A stretch of 64,000 nucleotides of DNA from Lysobacterales bacterium (GCA_046346965.1 JAXMHB010000003.1:228778-292777), one strand, 5' to 3'. Numbered from the stretch's first letter, positions 50,508 to 61,606 are shown. Translations and numbers: made by a program. Notes: generated by a model from the sequence alone, not told the origin.

Positions 50508-51845
50508 ATGGTGGTCGTCGATACGCTGATCGAGGCGCGCTGGGTAGTGCCGGTGCAGCCCCGAGGAGCGGTGTACGACGACCACGCGGTCGCCGTGGAC
50601 CGCGGCCGCATCGTCGATGTGCTGCCGATCGCGAGCGCCCGCGAGCGTTACTCGGCGCGCGAGACCGTGCAGCTGCCGCAGCACGCGCTGATGCCGGGAC
50701 TGGTCAACGCCCATTGCCACGCGCCAATGGCGCTGATGCGCGGCATCGCCGACGATCTGCCGCTGATGACCTGGCTGAACGAGCACATCTGGCCGGCGGA
50801 AGCCGCGCTGGTGTCGCCGGCGTTCGTCGCCGACGGCATCGAGCTGGCGGCGGCGGAGATGCTCGCGGGCGGCATCACCGCGGTCAACGACATGTACTTC
50901 TTCCCCGAAGTCGCCGCGCAGGCCTATCGCAAGGTCGGTATGCGCGCGGCTATCGGATTGATTGTGCTGGAGTTTCCCACCGCCTACGCGCGCGACGCCG
51001 ACGAGTATCTGGCCAAGGGCCTGAAACTGGCGGACGAACTCAAGGGCGACACCCTGGTGCACGCCTGTTTCGCGCCACACGCGCCGTACACGGTGTCGGA
51101 CGCCAGTTTCGAGCGCATCCGCGTCTATGCGGATCAGCTCGGACTGCGCATCCATTGCCACATACACGAGACCGCCTTCGAGGTCGAAGACGCACGTCGC
51201 GCGCACGGCGTACGGCCGTTGGCGCGGCTGAAGCGTCTGGGCCTGCTGGGCCCGGATCTGACCGCGGTGCACATGACCCAGCTGACACCGACCGAGATCG
51301 AGGATGTCGCGCGCCACGGCGTGGTCGTCGCGCATTGCCCCGAATCCAATTTGAAGCTCGCCAGCGGCTTTTGCCCGGTCGGCCAATTGCTGGCAGCGGG
51401 CGTGCATCTGGCCATCGGCACCGACGGCAGCGCCAGCAACAACGACCTCGACATGTGGGGCGAGATGCGCACCGCGGCGCTGTTGGCCAAGGGTGTCGCC
51501 GGCGACCCCGCCGTGATGGACGCCGCCACCGCACTGGAAGCCGCCACGCTCGGCGGCGCGCGCGCCATCGGGCTGGACGATCAGATCGGATCGATCAGCA
51601 TCGGCAAGGCCGCCGATCTGGTGGCGGTCGATTTCGACTGCGTGGAACTGGCGCCGGTGTATCACCCGGTTTCGCATCTGGTGTATGCGGTCGGCCGGCG
51701 CGACGTCAGCCACGTCTGGGTGGGCGGATCCTTGCGCGTCCGCGAGCGCACGCTGGTGGGCGTCGATCGGCGCGAACTGATCGACAAGGCGCACCGCTGG
51801 GCCGCCCACGGCGCCAGCGCGACGCGACGGGGACCGTCATCGTGA
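50508..51845 (+). CDS. Amidohydrolase of the TRZ/ATZ family (MTA/SAH or 5'-deoxyadenosine deaminase, MtaD-like)
   Basis: Metal-binding HxH (NAHCHAPM), HxHE and D motifs of the amidohydrolase superfamily. Confidence 0.8.
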   Translation: MVVVDTLIEARWVVPVQPRGAVYDDHAVAVDRGRIVDVLPIASARERYSARETVQLPQHALMPGLVNAHCHAPMALMRGIADDLPLMTWLNEHIWPAEAALVSPAFVADGIELAAAEMLAGGITAVNDMYFFPEVAAQAYRKVGMRAAIGLIVLEFPTAYARDADEYLAKGLKLADELKGDTLVHACFAPHAPYTVSDASFERIRVYADQLGLRIHCHIHETAFEVEDARRAHGVRPLARLKRLGLLGPDLTAVHMTQLTPTEIEDVARHGVVVAHCPESNLKLASGFCPVGQLLAAGVHLAIGTDGSASNNDLDMWGEMRTAALLAKGVAGDPAVMDAATALEAATLGGARAIGLDDQIGSISIGKAADLVAVDFDCVELAPVYHPVSHLVYAVGRRDVSHVWVGGSLRVRERTLVGVDRRELIDKAHRWAAHGASATRRGPSS

Positions 51846-52552
51846 GCACCAACGCCGATCCGCAGGAACTTGCGCGCTTCAGCGAAGTTGCGCCGCGCTG
51901 GTGGGACCCGAATGGCCCGATGCGGCCTTTGCACGAACTCAACCCGGTGCGTCTGGGCTTCGTCGCCGAGCGTTGCACGCTGCAAGGCGCGCGGGTGGCC
52001 GACATCGGCTGCGGTGCCGGCATCCTGAGCGAGGCACTGGCACGCGCCGGCGCCGGGGTCAGCGCCATCGATCTGGCCGAGGACGCGATCGAGATCGCGC
52101 GGCTGCATGCGCTCGAATCCGGGCTGGAGATCGATTACCGCCTGCAGGCGGTCGAGGCGCTGGCCGACGAGCAAGCGGGCCAGTACGACGCCGTGACCTG
52201 CATGGAGATGCTGGAGCACGTGCCGGATCCGCTGTCGGTCCTGCGTGCATGCACGCGCTTGCTGCGGCCGGGCGGCCGTTTGTTCGTGTCCACGCTCAGT
52301 CGCACGCCCAAGGCCTTCGCTCTCGGCATCGTCGGCGCCGAGTACGTGTTGGGACTGCTGCCGCGCGGGACGCACCGCTACGAGCGCTTCATCCGGCCCT
52401 CGGAGCTGCGCCGCGGGTTGGTGGGTTTGGGAATCGGCGCGCTCGAGTTCCGTGGCCTGCACTACGATCCGCTGGCACGCCGGGCACGATTGGTCGACGA
52501 TCTGTCGGTCAACTACCTGGTGGCCGGCCAGCGTCTGGACGCCTGCGCGTGA
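51843..52552 (+). CDS. ubiG: Ubiquinone biosynthesis O-methyltransferase UbiG
   Basis: Aligns with E. coli UbiG (WWDxxG, VLDVGCGGGIL-like, YDVVTCMEMLEHVPDP, GAEYxLxxxPKGTH). GTG start. Confidence 0.9.
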
Positions 52553-53208
52553 CGGCGATTCAGGCGGTGCTGTTCGATCTTGACGGCACCTTGGTCGACA
52601 CCGCGGCAGATCTCTTGGGCACGCTGGAGGATCTGCGCAGCGAACTCGGTCTGCCAGCGCTACCAGCGCCGCTGCCCGCAGCCGTCGCTGCGCGCGGTGG
52701 CCGCGGCATCCTCAGCCTCGGCTTGCCCGAGATCGCGGATGCCGCCGAACGCTGGCTGCCACGTTATCTGGAGATCTACACCGACCGCCTGGCGCGCTGC
52801 AGTCGCCCGTACCCCGGCGTGGAGGCCTTGCTGCAGCGACTGCAGGCCCGTGGCACCCGACTGGCGATCGTCAGCAACAAACCCGAAGCGCTGGCGCGCC
52901 AGTTGATCACGGCGCTCGGCTGGCAGCGCGTGTTCGGCTGCCTGGTCGGGGGCGACACGCTCAGCGTACGCAAACCCGCCCCTGAGCCGATCTGGCATGC
53001 CTGCGCCGCGCTCGGCGTCAGCGCGGGCCGCAGCCTGATGGTCGGCGACGACCGCCGTGATATCGATAGCGCGCGCGCTGCCGGCTGCGCCGGGGCGATC
53101 GCCGCCGCCTACGGCTACATCGAGGCGGACGACACCCCGCTGCATTGGCAGGCGGACCGCATCGCAGCTCAACCCGCCGATCTGCAGCAACTGCTGGACT
53201 GGCACTGA
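52549..53208 (+). CDS. gph: HAD-family phosphoglycolate phosphatase-like hydrolase
   Basis: HAD motif I VLFDLDGTL. The GTG start overlaps the ubiG stop. ubiG-gph is a conserved pair. Confidence 0.75.
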   Translation: MTAIQAVLFDLDGTLVDTAADLLGTLEDLRSELGLPALPAPLPAAVAARGGRGILSLGLPEIADAAERWLPRYLEIYTDRLARCSRPYPGVEALLQRLQARGTRLAIVSNKPEALARQLITALGWQRVFGCLVGGDTLSVRKPAPEPIWHACAALGVSAGRSLMVGDDRRDIDSARAAGCAGAIAAAYGYIEADDTPLHWQADRIAAQPADLQQLLDWH

Positions 53209-53209
53209 G

Positions 53210-53971
53210 ATGGATCGCGAGCGCGAGACGCAGGCCTTCATCCGGCCCTGGATCGAACGCGAGCCCGCGCTGTGGCTGGCGGCGCAGTTTGCCGGAGACG
53301 CGCAGGCGCGAGCGCAGTTTCTGGCTTTGCAAGTGCTGATTCGGGAGTTGCTCGAAGCCAGTGTCGCCGTCGGCGGCGAGCGCGTCACCGCGGCCAAATT
53401 GGGCTGGTGGCAGGACGAAGCGCTGTTGTGGCAGCAGGGCCATGGACGCCACCCACTGCTGCAGGATGTCGATGGCCCGGTTTGGGGCAGCGCCTTGTTG
53501 CAGTTGCTGCCCGCGCTGGCGGCTTGGGTGCAGGCGCCGCCGCCCGCCACGCTCGATCAGGCCTGGGCCTCACTGCGGCCACTGGCAGCCGTGCTGGCGG
53601 GCTGGCCAGGCGCCGGCAATGCGCAGACGGAGCTCTGGCAAGGCTTGGGCTTTGCCATCGCGCTGCGACTGTCCACGCAGGCGCGGGCGCCGCTGGCCAC
53701 CGTCATCCCGATGGACGTGTGGGCCCGCCACGGCGTGCGGCGCTCGGCCGTGGAGGGTCTGACGGACGCGCAGCGTGATGCCCTGCTCGCCGACTGCGCA
53801 AGACGGGTGCCGCCGTGGCCAAACGGCGGTCGCCAGCCGGCGTTGTCGGCGCTGGTGGCACTGGAACAGCGCTGGCTGCGCCAAGCGAGCAGCGGGCGCG
53901 TGCGTGGCCGGCTGGGCCCGACCGCCGCATGGACGGCGTGGCGCGCCGCCCGGCGCGCGCTCAAAGGCTGA
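53210..53971 (+). CDS. Hypothetical protein (Trp-rich, alpha-helical)
   Basis: The ORF fills the interval. No recognisable motif. Confidence 0.45.
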   Translation: MDRERETQAFIRPWIEREPALWLAAQFAGDAQARAQFLALQVLIRELLEASVAVGGERVTAAKLGWWQDEALLWQQGHGRHPLLQDVDGPVWGSALLQLLPALAAWVQAPPPATLDQAWASLRPLAAVLAGWPGAGNAQTELWQGLGFAIALRLSTQARAPLATVIPMDVWARHGVRRSAVEGLTDAQRDALLADCARRVPPWPNGGRQPALSALVALEQRWLRQASSGRVRGRLGPTAAWTAWRAARRALKG

Positions 53972-54917
53972 GCCGGCGCAATTCGGGCGGCTGCTCGGCG
54001 CGCTCCCACACCTCGTCGAAATAACGCTTGAGCTCGTTGCGGCGCGGCGGATAGTAAAGATCGCCTTCGGCCTCGGGGCGATCGCCAAAACTGCGGTAGA
54101 GAAAGCCGCCGGCATCATTGAGCACGAAGGCCGCTGCGTACTGCAAATCCTCCTGCACCGGGCGACGGATCTGGATCACGCTGCTGAGGCGCTGGGCCAG
54201 ATCGAGCAATCGATGGCCGTCGCGCACGGCCCGCGCGGTGTCCTGCACCAAGATGCGCAGGCTGGCACCACGGCCGGAAAGCGCGACGCGGCGACAGGCC
54301 TCCAGGATTTCCGCCCGCTCGTACAAGCCCGGCTCCAGATCGCGAGTGTAGATGCAGATCTCGTGGCGTGCCGCGCCAAGCAGCGCTTGCACCGCGTCCG
54401 CCAACTCGGCGCTGCGACTCGCACTCAAGCGCTGCGGCTGCCCGCTCGGCGGTGGCTGATCGCGCACAGGCGCCGGCTGCGCGGTTGGCAGCGTCAGCAC
54501 CATGGTGCGGTGCGGAATCTCGCACTCCAGATACTCCGGGCCCTCGGCGACGAAGCCGGCCTTCTCGTAGAAGGGAATGGCGTGTGTCTGCGCGTGCAAG
54601 GACAGTCGCGACATCCCGCGCGCCTGCGCGCGTTCGATCAGAAAGCGCAACAAGGCCGCCCCAACGCCGGCACTGCGCCACTCGCGCATGACGGCCATGC
54701 GGCCGATGCGGCCGTCGGGCGTCAGCCGTGCAGTGCCTATCGGTGCGCGATCGGGCGTGCGCGCCAGCGCATGCTCGGAGATCGGATCGTCGCTGTCCCA
54801 CTCCTCACTCTCCGGCACCCGCTGCTCGACGATGAACACGGCGGTACGCACGCGCTTCAGATCCTCGACGTCCACCGTCCACACGGCCGGTTCGACGTAG
54901 TAGCGGTCTTCGATCAT
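53961..54917 (-). CDS. GNAT-family N-acetyltransferase with a C-terminal extension of about 160 aa of unknown function
   Basis: GNAT motif A region (RMAVMREWRSAGVGAALL) in the N-terminal half. The track ORF (730 aa) is over-extended antisense into the acuI gene. Confidence 0.65.
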   Translation of the reverse strand: MIEDRYYVEPAVWTVDVEDLKRVRTAVFIVEQRVPESEEWDSDDPISEHALARTPDRAPIGTARLTPDGRIGRMAVMREWRSAGVGAALLRFLIERAQARGMSRLSLHAQTHAIPFYEKAGFVAEGPEYLECEIPHRTMVLTLPTAQPAPVRDQPPPSGQPQRLSASRSAELADAVQALLGAARHEICIYTRDLEPGLYERAEILEACRRVALSGRGASLRILVQDTARAVRDGHRLLDLAQRLSSVIQIRRPVQEDLQYAAAFVLNDAGGFLYRSFGDRPEAEGDLYYPPRRNELKRYFDEVWERAEQPPELRRLSL

Positions 54918-55025
54918 GACACTGCTCGGCGACGGAACTGACGCAAGCATAGACCGCGGCACCCGGCACTCGAAACGCGGCGGCCGCGGGTAGACTGCGG
55001 CCCAGAGTCCTGCAGGAGTGTTGCG

Positions 55026-56027
55026 ATGAGCGTACCCGAGCGCTTCAAAGCTTTCCGTATCCACCAGAACCCGCATCGTGCGGCGCTGGAAGACATCAGC
55101 CTGAGCGACCTCAACCCGGGCGAGGTGACGATTCGCACGGCCTACTCCAGCGTCAACTACAAGGACGCGCTCGCCGGTACCGGCCGCGGCAAGATCCTGC
55201 GGCAGTTTCCGCTGGTAGGCGGCATCGATGTCGCCGGCCATGTGGTCGAGTCGCGCGATCCCCGCTTTCGCGAAGGCGATGCCGTACTGGTCACCGGTTC
55301 CGGGCTCTCGGAGCATCGTGACGGTGGCTACAGCGAGTACCTGCGTCTGGAGAGCGAGTGGGTGGTGCCGCTGCCGCCCAACCTCAGTCTGCGTGAAGCG
55401 ATGGGCATCGGCACGGCGGGCTTTACCGCTGCCTTGTGCCTGTGGCGCATGCTCAGCGTGGGCCAACGACCGGAGATGGGGCCGATCGTCGTTACTGGCG
55501 CCACCGGCGGCGTCGGCATGCTTGCCATCGACATCTATACCCGGGCGGGATTCGAGGTCCATGCGATCACCGGCAAGCCAGAGCAGTTCGATCAGCTGAT
55601 TGCACTCGGCGCGCGCCAATGCATCGCCCGCGAAGGGCTGTACTTCGGCCAGCGTCCGATGGAGAGCGCCACCTGGGCCGGCGCGGTCGACAACGTCGGC
55701 GGCGACATGCTGTCTGGCCTGACGCGCATGATCAAACCCTGGGGCTCGATTGCCAGCTGCGGCTTGGCCGGCGGCATTGAACTGCACACCACGGTCATGC
55801 CCTTCATCATTCGCGGCATCAGTCTGCTCGGCATCAACTCCTCCGGCACGCCCTACGCGATACGCGCCGACCTTTGGCAGCGGCTGGCGCAGGAGTGGCG
55901 ACCACGCCACCTCGAGCAGATCGTCACCCGCGAAGTCGGCCTCGAGGACTTGCCCGCAGTCTTCGATACGCTGATGGCGGGCGGCGCACTGGGGCGTACC
56001 GTTGTGCGCATCGCGCCGGCGCATTGA
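55026..56027 (+). CDS. MDR-family NADPH:quinone oxidoreductase (YhdH/AcuI-like)
   Basis: Zinc-free MDR (GroES-like plus Rossmann VTGATGGVG), YhdH subfamily. Confidence 0.85.
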   Translation: MSVPERFKAFRIHQNPHRAALEDISLSDLNPGEVTIRTAYSSVNYKDALAGTGRGKILRQFPLVGGIDVAGHVVESRDPRFREGDAVLVTGSGLSEHRDGGYSEYLRLESEWVVPLPPNLSLREAMGIGTAGFTAALCLWRMLSVGQRPEMGPIVVTGATGGVGMLAIDIYTRAGFEVHAITGKPEQFDQLIALGARQCIAREGLYFGQRPMESATWAGAVDNVGGDMLSGLTRMIKPWGSIASCGLAGGIELHTTVMPFIIRGISLLGINSSGTPYAIRADLWQRLAQEWRPRHLEQIVTREVGLEDLPAVFDTLMAGGALGRTVVRIAPAH

Positions 56028-56094
56028 TTTGCTTGTCCCGCGGTCTGTCGGTATGGGTAGAATCGGGGCATAGAGGTCACAGAGTGGGGTGGTT

Positions 56095-56466
56095 ATGGCG
56101 CGTGTCTTGATCGTGGACGATTCCCCGTCCCAGTTGCTGGTGCTGAAGCGCATCGTCGAGGGGCAGGGTCACGAGGTGATCACCGCCGAGGACGGTCAGC
56201 AGGGCGTGGATATGGCCAAGAAGCACGTGCCCGACCTGATCCTGATGGACGTGGTGATGCCTAATCTCAACGGTTTCCAGGCCACCCGCACCATCGCTCG
56301 CGAGAAGACCACGAGCCATATCCCGGTCATCCTGGTCACCACCAAGGATCAGGAAACTGATCGCGTCTGGGGTCTGCGCCAAGGCGCCAAGGGTTACATC
56401 ACCAAGCCGGTGAACGAGGCCCAGTTGGTCCAGGCCATCCGCGAGCATCTGCCCGCGGGTCGCTGA
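56095..56466 (+). CDS. Single-domain CheY/PilH-like response regulator
   Basis: REC domain with the phospho-acceptor Asp in LILMDVVMP. Confidence 0.85.
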   Translation: MARVLIVDDSPSQLLVLKRIVEGQGHEVITAEDGQQGVDMAKKHVPDLILMDVVMPNLNGFQATRTIAREKTTSHIPVILVTTKDQETDRVWGLRQGAKGYITKPVNEAQLVQAIREHLPAGR

Positions 56467-56634
56467 GGCAGATCCAACCAAGCAGTCTGGAAGGGCGCTG
56501 CGGCGCCCTTCGTTTTTGGTGCACCGCCACATCCAGGTCAGCGCCCGGCTGGACCTCCGTCGAATTGACGCTGGGGCACGGCGCTCCTAGCATCCGGCCC
56601 TCCTGCTGCATTGCAGCAATCTGGGGAGATCTGG

Positions 56635-57384
56635 ATGAGCGAGGCGCAACGATTGGCAGTAGTCACCGGGGGCATCGGCGGGCTCGGCACCGAGATCTGC
56701 ATGGCCCTCGCCCGCGCTGGGCGCCGCGTCATCGCCGCCGACCTCGACAGCCGACCCGAGCGCATCGCTGCCTTCCACGAGGCCGTGGCTGGCTTCGATG
56801 GTCGCATCTCCTTTGAGGCAGTCGACGTGTCCAGCTTCGAGCACTGCGCCGCCTTCGCCGAGCGCGTGCGCAGCCAGTACGGCCCGGTCGACATCCTGGT
56901 GAATGCCGCCGGCATTACGCGCGATGCCACCCTGCGCAAAATGGACGCTCAGCAGTGGAACGACGTCATGCGCATCAATCTGGACAGCGTGTTCAACCTG
57001 TCTCGGCAGTTTGTCGACAGCATGTGCGAGCGCGGCTTCGGCCGAATCGTCAACATCAGCTCGGTCAACGGCCAGACTGGCCAGTTCGGACAGACCAACT
57101 ACTCAGCCGCCAAAGCCGGCATGCACGGATTCACCATGGCGCTGGCGCGCGAAGTGGCGCGCAAGGGCGTCACCGTGAACTCGGTCTCGCCGGGCTACTG
57201 CCGCACGCAAATGGTGATGCAGATCCCGGAGACCATCCGGCAAGAGATCGTCGCCAAGATCCCGGTCGGTCGCCTCGGCGAGCCATCCGACATCGCGCGC
57301 GCCGTGCAGTTCTTGTCGGCCGACGATGCGGGTTTCATCACCGGCGCCAACCTGCCGGTGAATGGCGGCTACTTCATGGATTGA
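56635..57384 (+). CDS. phbB: Acetoacetyl-CoA reductase (SDR, PhaB/PhbB-like)
   Basis: SDR motifs TGGIGGLG and YSAAK. High similarity to PhaB family sequences. Confidence 0.8.
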   Translation: MSEAQRLAVVTGGIGGLGTEICMALARAGRRVIAADLDSRPERIAAFHEAVAGFDGRISFEAVDVSSFEHCAAFAERVRSQYGPVDILVNAAGITRDATLRKMDAQQWNDVMRINLDSVFNLSRQFVDSMCERGFGRIVNISSVNGQTGQFGQTNYSAAKAGMHGFTMALAREVARKGVTVNSVSPGYCRTQMVMQIPETIRQEIVAKIPVGRLGEPSDIARAVQFLSADDAGFITGANLPVNGGYFMD

Positions 57385-57423
57385 GCGAGTACGCCCCGCG
57401 CGTCGCGCGGGGCGCTGCTACGC

Positions 57424-58821
57424 TTAGTTCGAGCTCGCCTCGGCGACCCGAGCGCCCTGCTTGCGCACAATCAGCATCGCCAGTTCGATCGCCTGCTCGT
57501 AGTTGAGGCGCGGATCCACCGTCGACTTGTAGGCGCGCTGCAAATCGCCCTCGGTCAAGTCGCGCGCACCACCCAGGCACTCGGTGACGTTCTCGCCGGT
57601 CAGCTCCAGATGTGCACCACCCAATCGGCTACCCAGCGCAGCGTGGATGTCGAAGGCCTGCTCCAACTCCGAGCGTATATTTTCGAAGCGCCGCGTCTTG
57701 TAGCCCGACGCCGTGCTCTCGGTGTTGCCGTGCATCGGGTCGCAGCACCACAGCACGCGCTTGCCGTGCGCCTTGAGCGCCTCGATCATGCGCGGCAGAT
57801 GCTCCTGAATCTTGCCGGCACCCATCCGATGGATGAGCGTCAATCGCCCCGGGATGTTCTCGGGATTCAGCACATCGGTGAGTCTCAGCAGGTGGTCATT
57901 GCTCACCGAGGGCCCGATCTTGACCCCGATCGGATTGCGGATGCCACGACAGTACTCCACATGCGCGCCATCGAGCGCAGCGGTGCGCATGCCAATCCAG
58001 GGATAGTGCGTCGACAGATTGAACCAGCCCCATTGCCGCGGAACCTGGCGCGTCAACGCCTCCTCGTAGTGCAGCAACAAGGCTTCGTGCGAGGTGTAGA
58101 AATCCACCCGGCGCAGGCTGCCAATCGGCGCGCCGCCCACGCTTTCCATGAAGCGCACAGCGTCCCCGATCGAGCGCACCATCTCCCGGTACTCGCGTTC
58201 AAACGGCGAGTGTTGCACCCAATCCAGATCCCAATACTCCGGGTGATGCAGATCGGCAAAACCGCCATCGATCAAGGCGCGCACGAAGTTCATCGTCAAA
58301 GCCGACCGCGCATGCCCCTCGATCATCCGCGCCGAATCCGGAATGCGCGCCTCGGCGGTGAACTCAGGCCCATTGACCAAGTCGCCACGGTAGCTCGGCA
58401 GCGTGACGCCGTCTTTGGTCTCCATGTCCGCCGAGCGTGGCTTGGCGTACTGACCGGCAAAACGGCCGACGCGTACGATCGGCTGTTTCAGGCCATGCAC
58501 CAACACCAGACTCATCTGCAGCAGGACTTTCAGCCGATTGGCAATGTGCGGGCTGGTGCAGTCAGCAAAGTTCTCCGCGCAATCGCCTCCCTGCAGCAGG
58601 AAGCGCTTGCCGTCCGCCGCTTCGGCCAGCTCCTGCTTGAGTTGCAGGATCTCCCAGGACGTGACCAAAGGCGGCAGCCGCTGCAGCTCCGCCAGATCCC
58701 GGTCCAGGCGCTCAGCGTCCGGGTAGGTAGGCTGCTGTAGCGCCGGGTGCTGCTTCCAGGAGTTCCGACTCCAACCCTCCGCCTCGCGTACCGCAGTCAA
58801 AGGACGTTCCTTTCTGATCAT
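57424..58821 (-). CDS. 3-deoxy-7-phosphoheptulonate (DAHP) synthase, class II
   Basis: About 460 aa class II DAHPS homology (LLQGGDCAE, KPRS regions). Start MIRKERPLTAV. Confidence 0.85.
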   Translation of the reverse strand: MIRKERPLTAVREAEGWSRNSWKQHPALQQPTYPDAERLDRDLAELQRLPPLVTSWEILQLKQELAEAADGKRFLLQGGDCAENFADCTSPHIANRLKVLLQMSLVLVHGLKQPIVRVGRFAGQYAKPRSADMETKDGVTLPSYRGDLVNGPEFTAEARIPDSARMIEGHARSALTMNFVRALIDGGFADLHHPEYWDLDWVQHSPFEREYREMVRSIGDAVRFMESVGGAPIGSLRRVDFYTSHEALLLHYEEALTRQVPRQWGWFNLSTHYPWIGMRTAALDGAHVEYCRGIRNPIGVKIGPSVSNDHLLRLTDVLNPENIPGRLTLIHRMGAGKIQEHLPRMIEALKAHGKRVLWCCDPMHGNTESTASGYKTRRFENIRSELEQAFDIHAALGSRLGGAHLELTGENVTECLGGARDLTEGDLQRAYKSTVDPRLNYEQAIELAMLIVRKQGARVAEASSN

Positions 58822-58831
58822 GACCCGCTCC

Positions 58832-59350
58832 TCAGCCCCGCACCGGCGCTTTGCCGGGCGGGAACACGACAAAAACCAGCATCACCACGGCAAGCCCGGC
58901 GAAGCAGACAAAGGTCCACGCCGGCATGCTGAATCCCAGGAATCGCCAGTCGATGTTCGCGCACTCGCCGGAAGTCATCAGGACGGTGCGCAACATGTCG
59001 CCGAAAGGGAAGTTGTTCCACATGAAGTCCAGCGGCGGCGCGCAGGACGGAAGTTGGTCCTTCGGCAACGACTGCAGCCAGATGTGCCGACCCGCAATCA
59101 GCAATCCAAGCACACTGGCGAGGAAGCCAAACACGGCATAGATCCGACTGCCGAGGCGCGCCGGCCCGTGCGCCGCAGCGATCAAACTGACCGTGCCAAT
59201 CAGCACCACGGCGACGCGCTGGAACATGCACAAGGGACAGGGTTCCAGCTTCAGCACGTACTGTGCGTAGAAAGCATAGGCCATCAAGCCCACACAGATC
59301 AGTGCTATCGACCCAAACCAGACCCGCGACGACAAACGATCCACGAACAC
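58832..59350 (-). CDS. dsbB: Disulfide bond formation protein B
   Basis: 4 TM segments, CxxC (CPLC) in the first periplasmic loop and a second Cys pair. The start is uncertain (GTG or TTG near 59350). Confidence 0.75.
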   Translation of the reverse strand: MFVDRLSSRVWFGSIALICVGLMAYAFYAQYVLKLEPCPLCMFQRVAVVLIGTVSLIAAAHGPARLGSRIYAVFGFLASVLGLLIAGRHIWLQSLPKDQLPSCAPPLDFMWNNFPFGDMLRTVLMTSGECANIDWRFLGFSMPAWTFVCFAGLAVVMLVFVVFPPGKAPVRG

Positions 59351-59506
59351 CTTGATACCCCCGCATTTCAGTACAGTAGTCCCCAGCGCGATCGCGCGAG
59401 GCGCCCTACCGCGATCACAGCGCGCCAGCCAAAAATCGTCAGCCGGAAATCGACGAAGTGCGCGCTGTCTGCGCCAGAGTGTAGCCTGATCCGATTGAAT
59501 GCTGCA

Positions 59507-59543
59507 GTGCAAAAACGCAAAAGGCCGCCCGAAGGCGGCCTTT
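59507..59543 (-). terminator. Rho-independent terminator of the alpha operon. The minus strand reads GGCCGCC-ttcg-GGCGGCC followed by TTTTGCGTTTTTGC
   Basis: Stem-loop plus T-tract read directly, just downstream of rplQ. Confidence 0.75.
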
Positions 59544-59564
59544 CTCACGACACTGTATCTGGCC

Positions 59565-59951
59565 TCAGACTTCCGTCGCGGCAGCAGCGGCCTGCGGACG
59601 GTCGACCAATTCCACATACGCCATCGGCGCGTTGTCACCGGCGCGGAAGCCGCACTTCAGGATGCGCAGGTAACCACCCGGACGCGCGCGATAGCGCGGA
59701 CCGAGCTCGACGAACAACTTTCCGACCACCGCCTTGTCACGCAGCCGGCTGAACGCGAGGCGGCGATTGGCGACGCCATCCTGCTTGGCAAGCGTCAGCA
59801 GCGGTTCGGCGAAGCGACGCAGCTCCTTCGCCTTCGGCAGCGTGGTCTTGATCAGCTCCTGCTGGAACAGGGCGTTAGTCATGTTGCGGAACATGGCCTG
59901 GCGGTGCGCACTGGTGCGCGCAAAAGCACGGCCTGCATTACGGTGACGCAT
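59565..59951 (-). CDS. rplQ: 50S ribosomal protein L17
   Basis: Strong homology. Confidence 0.95.
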   Translation of the reverse strand: MRHRNAGRAFARTSAHRQAMFRNMTNALFQQELIKTTLPKAKELRRFAEPLLTLAKQDGVANRRLAFSRLRDKAVVGKLFVELGPRYRARPGGYLRILKCGFRAGDNAPMAYVELVDRPQAAAAATEV

Positions 59952-59966
59952 GATGTTTCTCCTTGA

Positions 59967-60962
59967 TCAACCGCCGAACCCGCTGGTCGCGAGACCCGGC
60001 GGCGGCCAGTTTTCCAGCTTCATGCCGAGCGACAAACCACGCGCCGCCAGGACGTCCTTGATTTCAGTGAGCGACTTCTTGCCGAGATTCGGAGTCTTCA
60101 ACAGCTCCACCTCGGTGCGCTGAATCAGATCGCCGATGTAGTAGATGCTCTCGGCCTTCAAGCAGTTGGCCGAACGCACCGTCAGCTCGAGGTCATCGAT
60201 CGGGCGCAGCAGAATGGGATCCACCTCAGCGCGACCGGCCGAAGGACGCTCGGTCTCGCGGCGGCTGACATCGACAAACGCGCCCAGCTGATCCACGAGA
60301 ATCCCGGCAGCCTGCTTCACCGCATCCACGGCGTCCACGGTGCCATCGGTTTCGACATCCAACACCAGCTTGTCCAGATCCGTACGCTGCTCGACGCGCG
60401 CGCTCTCGACCGAATACGCAACACGGCGGATCGGCGAATAGGTTGCATCAATCTGCAAGCGGCCGATCGGACGCGCCTCGTCCTCGGGCAGACGACGGCT
60501 GCTCGCAGCTTCGTAGCCCACGCCGCGCGCGATCTTCAGGCGCATCGACAGCGACACGTCCTTGGTCAACGTGCAAATGACCAGATCCGGGTTGACGATC
60601 TCAACGTTATGATCGGTGGTGATGTCACCCGCAGTCACCGGGCCGCGGCCCTTGCGACTCAGGTGCACCGTCGTCTGCTCGACATTGTGCAGACGCACCG
60701 CCACATCCTTCAAATTCAGCAACATCTCGACGACGTCCTCCTGGACGCCTTCGACCGTGCTGTACTCGTGCAGAACGCCGTCAATCTCGACCTCGGTCAC
60801 AGCCGCGCCGGGAATGGACGACAACAGAACGCGCCGCAGCGCGTTCCCCAAAGTGTGCCCAAAACCGCGCTCAAGCGGCTCCAGCACGACACGCGCCCTA
60901 CGCTCGCCGGCGTTCTCCACGACGAGGTTGTTGGGACGCAGCAAACTGGTTGCAGACGCCAT
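59967..60962 (-). CDS. rpoA: DNA-directed RNA polymerase subunit alpha
   Basis: Strong homology. Confidence 0.95.
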   Translation of the reverse strand: MASATSLLRPNNLVVENAGERRARVVLEPLERGFGHTLGNALRRVLLSSIPGAAVTEVEIDGVLHEYSTVEGVQEDVVEMLLNLKDVAVRLHNVEQTTVHLSRKGRGPVTAGDITTDHNVEIVNPDLVICTLTKDVSLSMRLKIARGVGYEAASSRRLPEDEARPIGRLQIDATYSPIRRVAYSVESARVEQRTDLDKLVLDVETDGTVDAVDAVKQAAGILVDQLGAFVDVSRRETERPSAGRAEVDPILLRPIDDLELTVRSANCLKAESIYYIGDLIQRTEVELLKTPNLGKKSLTEIKDVLAARGLSLGMKLENWPPPGLATSGFGG

Positions 60963-60979
60963 GAAAATACCTCGCGCGA

Positions 60980-61606
60980 TTACTTGGAGTAGAGCTCGAC
61001 GATCAGGTTCTCGTTGATGTCGGCCGAGAGATCGCTGCGCTCAGGAAGCTGCTTGAACACGCCGGTGGACTTGGCAGCATCGACTTCGAGCCAGCTCGGC
61101 GCCAGATCCATTTCCTGACTGATCGTCAGCGCTTCCTTGACGCGCAACTGATCCTTCGCGCGTTCGGCGAGCGCCACGGTGTCACCCACCTTCACCTGGT
61201 AAGACGGCAGATTCACCACCTTGCCGTTCACCAGCACACCACGGTGCGCCACCATCTGACGAGCCTGCGCGCGGGTCACCGCAAAACCGAGGCGATAGAC
61301 GATGTTGTCCAGACGACATTCCAGCAGCTGCAGCAGGTTCTCACCCGTTGCGCCACGACGACGACTGGCCTCGGCGTAGTAGCGGCGGAACTGACGCTCC
61401 AGCACGCCATACATGCGCTTGACCTTCTGCTTCTCGCGCAACTGCACGGAGTAGTCCGAGTTCTTCGCCTTCTTGGCAGCGCCGTGCTGCCCAGGCTTCT
61501 GTTCGATCTTGCACTTCTTGTCGATCGGGCGCGCCGGGCTCTTCAAGAAGAGATCGGTGCCCTCACGGCGAGCAAGCTTGCAAGTGGGACCAATATAACG
61601 AGCCAT
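60980..61606 (-). CDS. rpsD: 30S ribosomal protein S4
   Basis: Strong homology. Confidence 0.95.
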   Translation of the reverse strand: MARYIGPTCKLARREGTDLFLKSPARPIDKKCKIEQKPGQHGAAKKAKNSDYSVQLREKQKVKRMYGVLERQFRRYYAEASRRRGATGENLLQLLECRLDNIVYRLGFAVTRAQARQMVAHRGVLVNGKVVNLPSYQVKVGDTVALAERAKDQLRVKEALTISQEMDLAPSWLEVDAAKSTGVFKQLPERSDLSADINENLIVELYSK

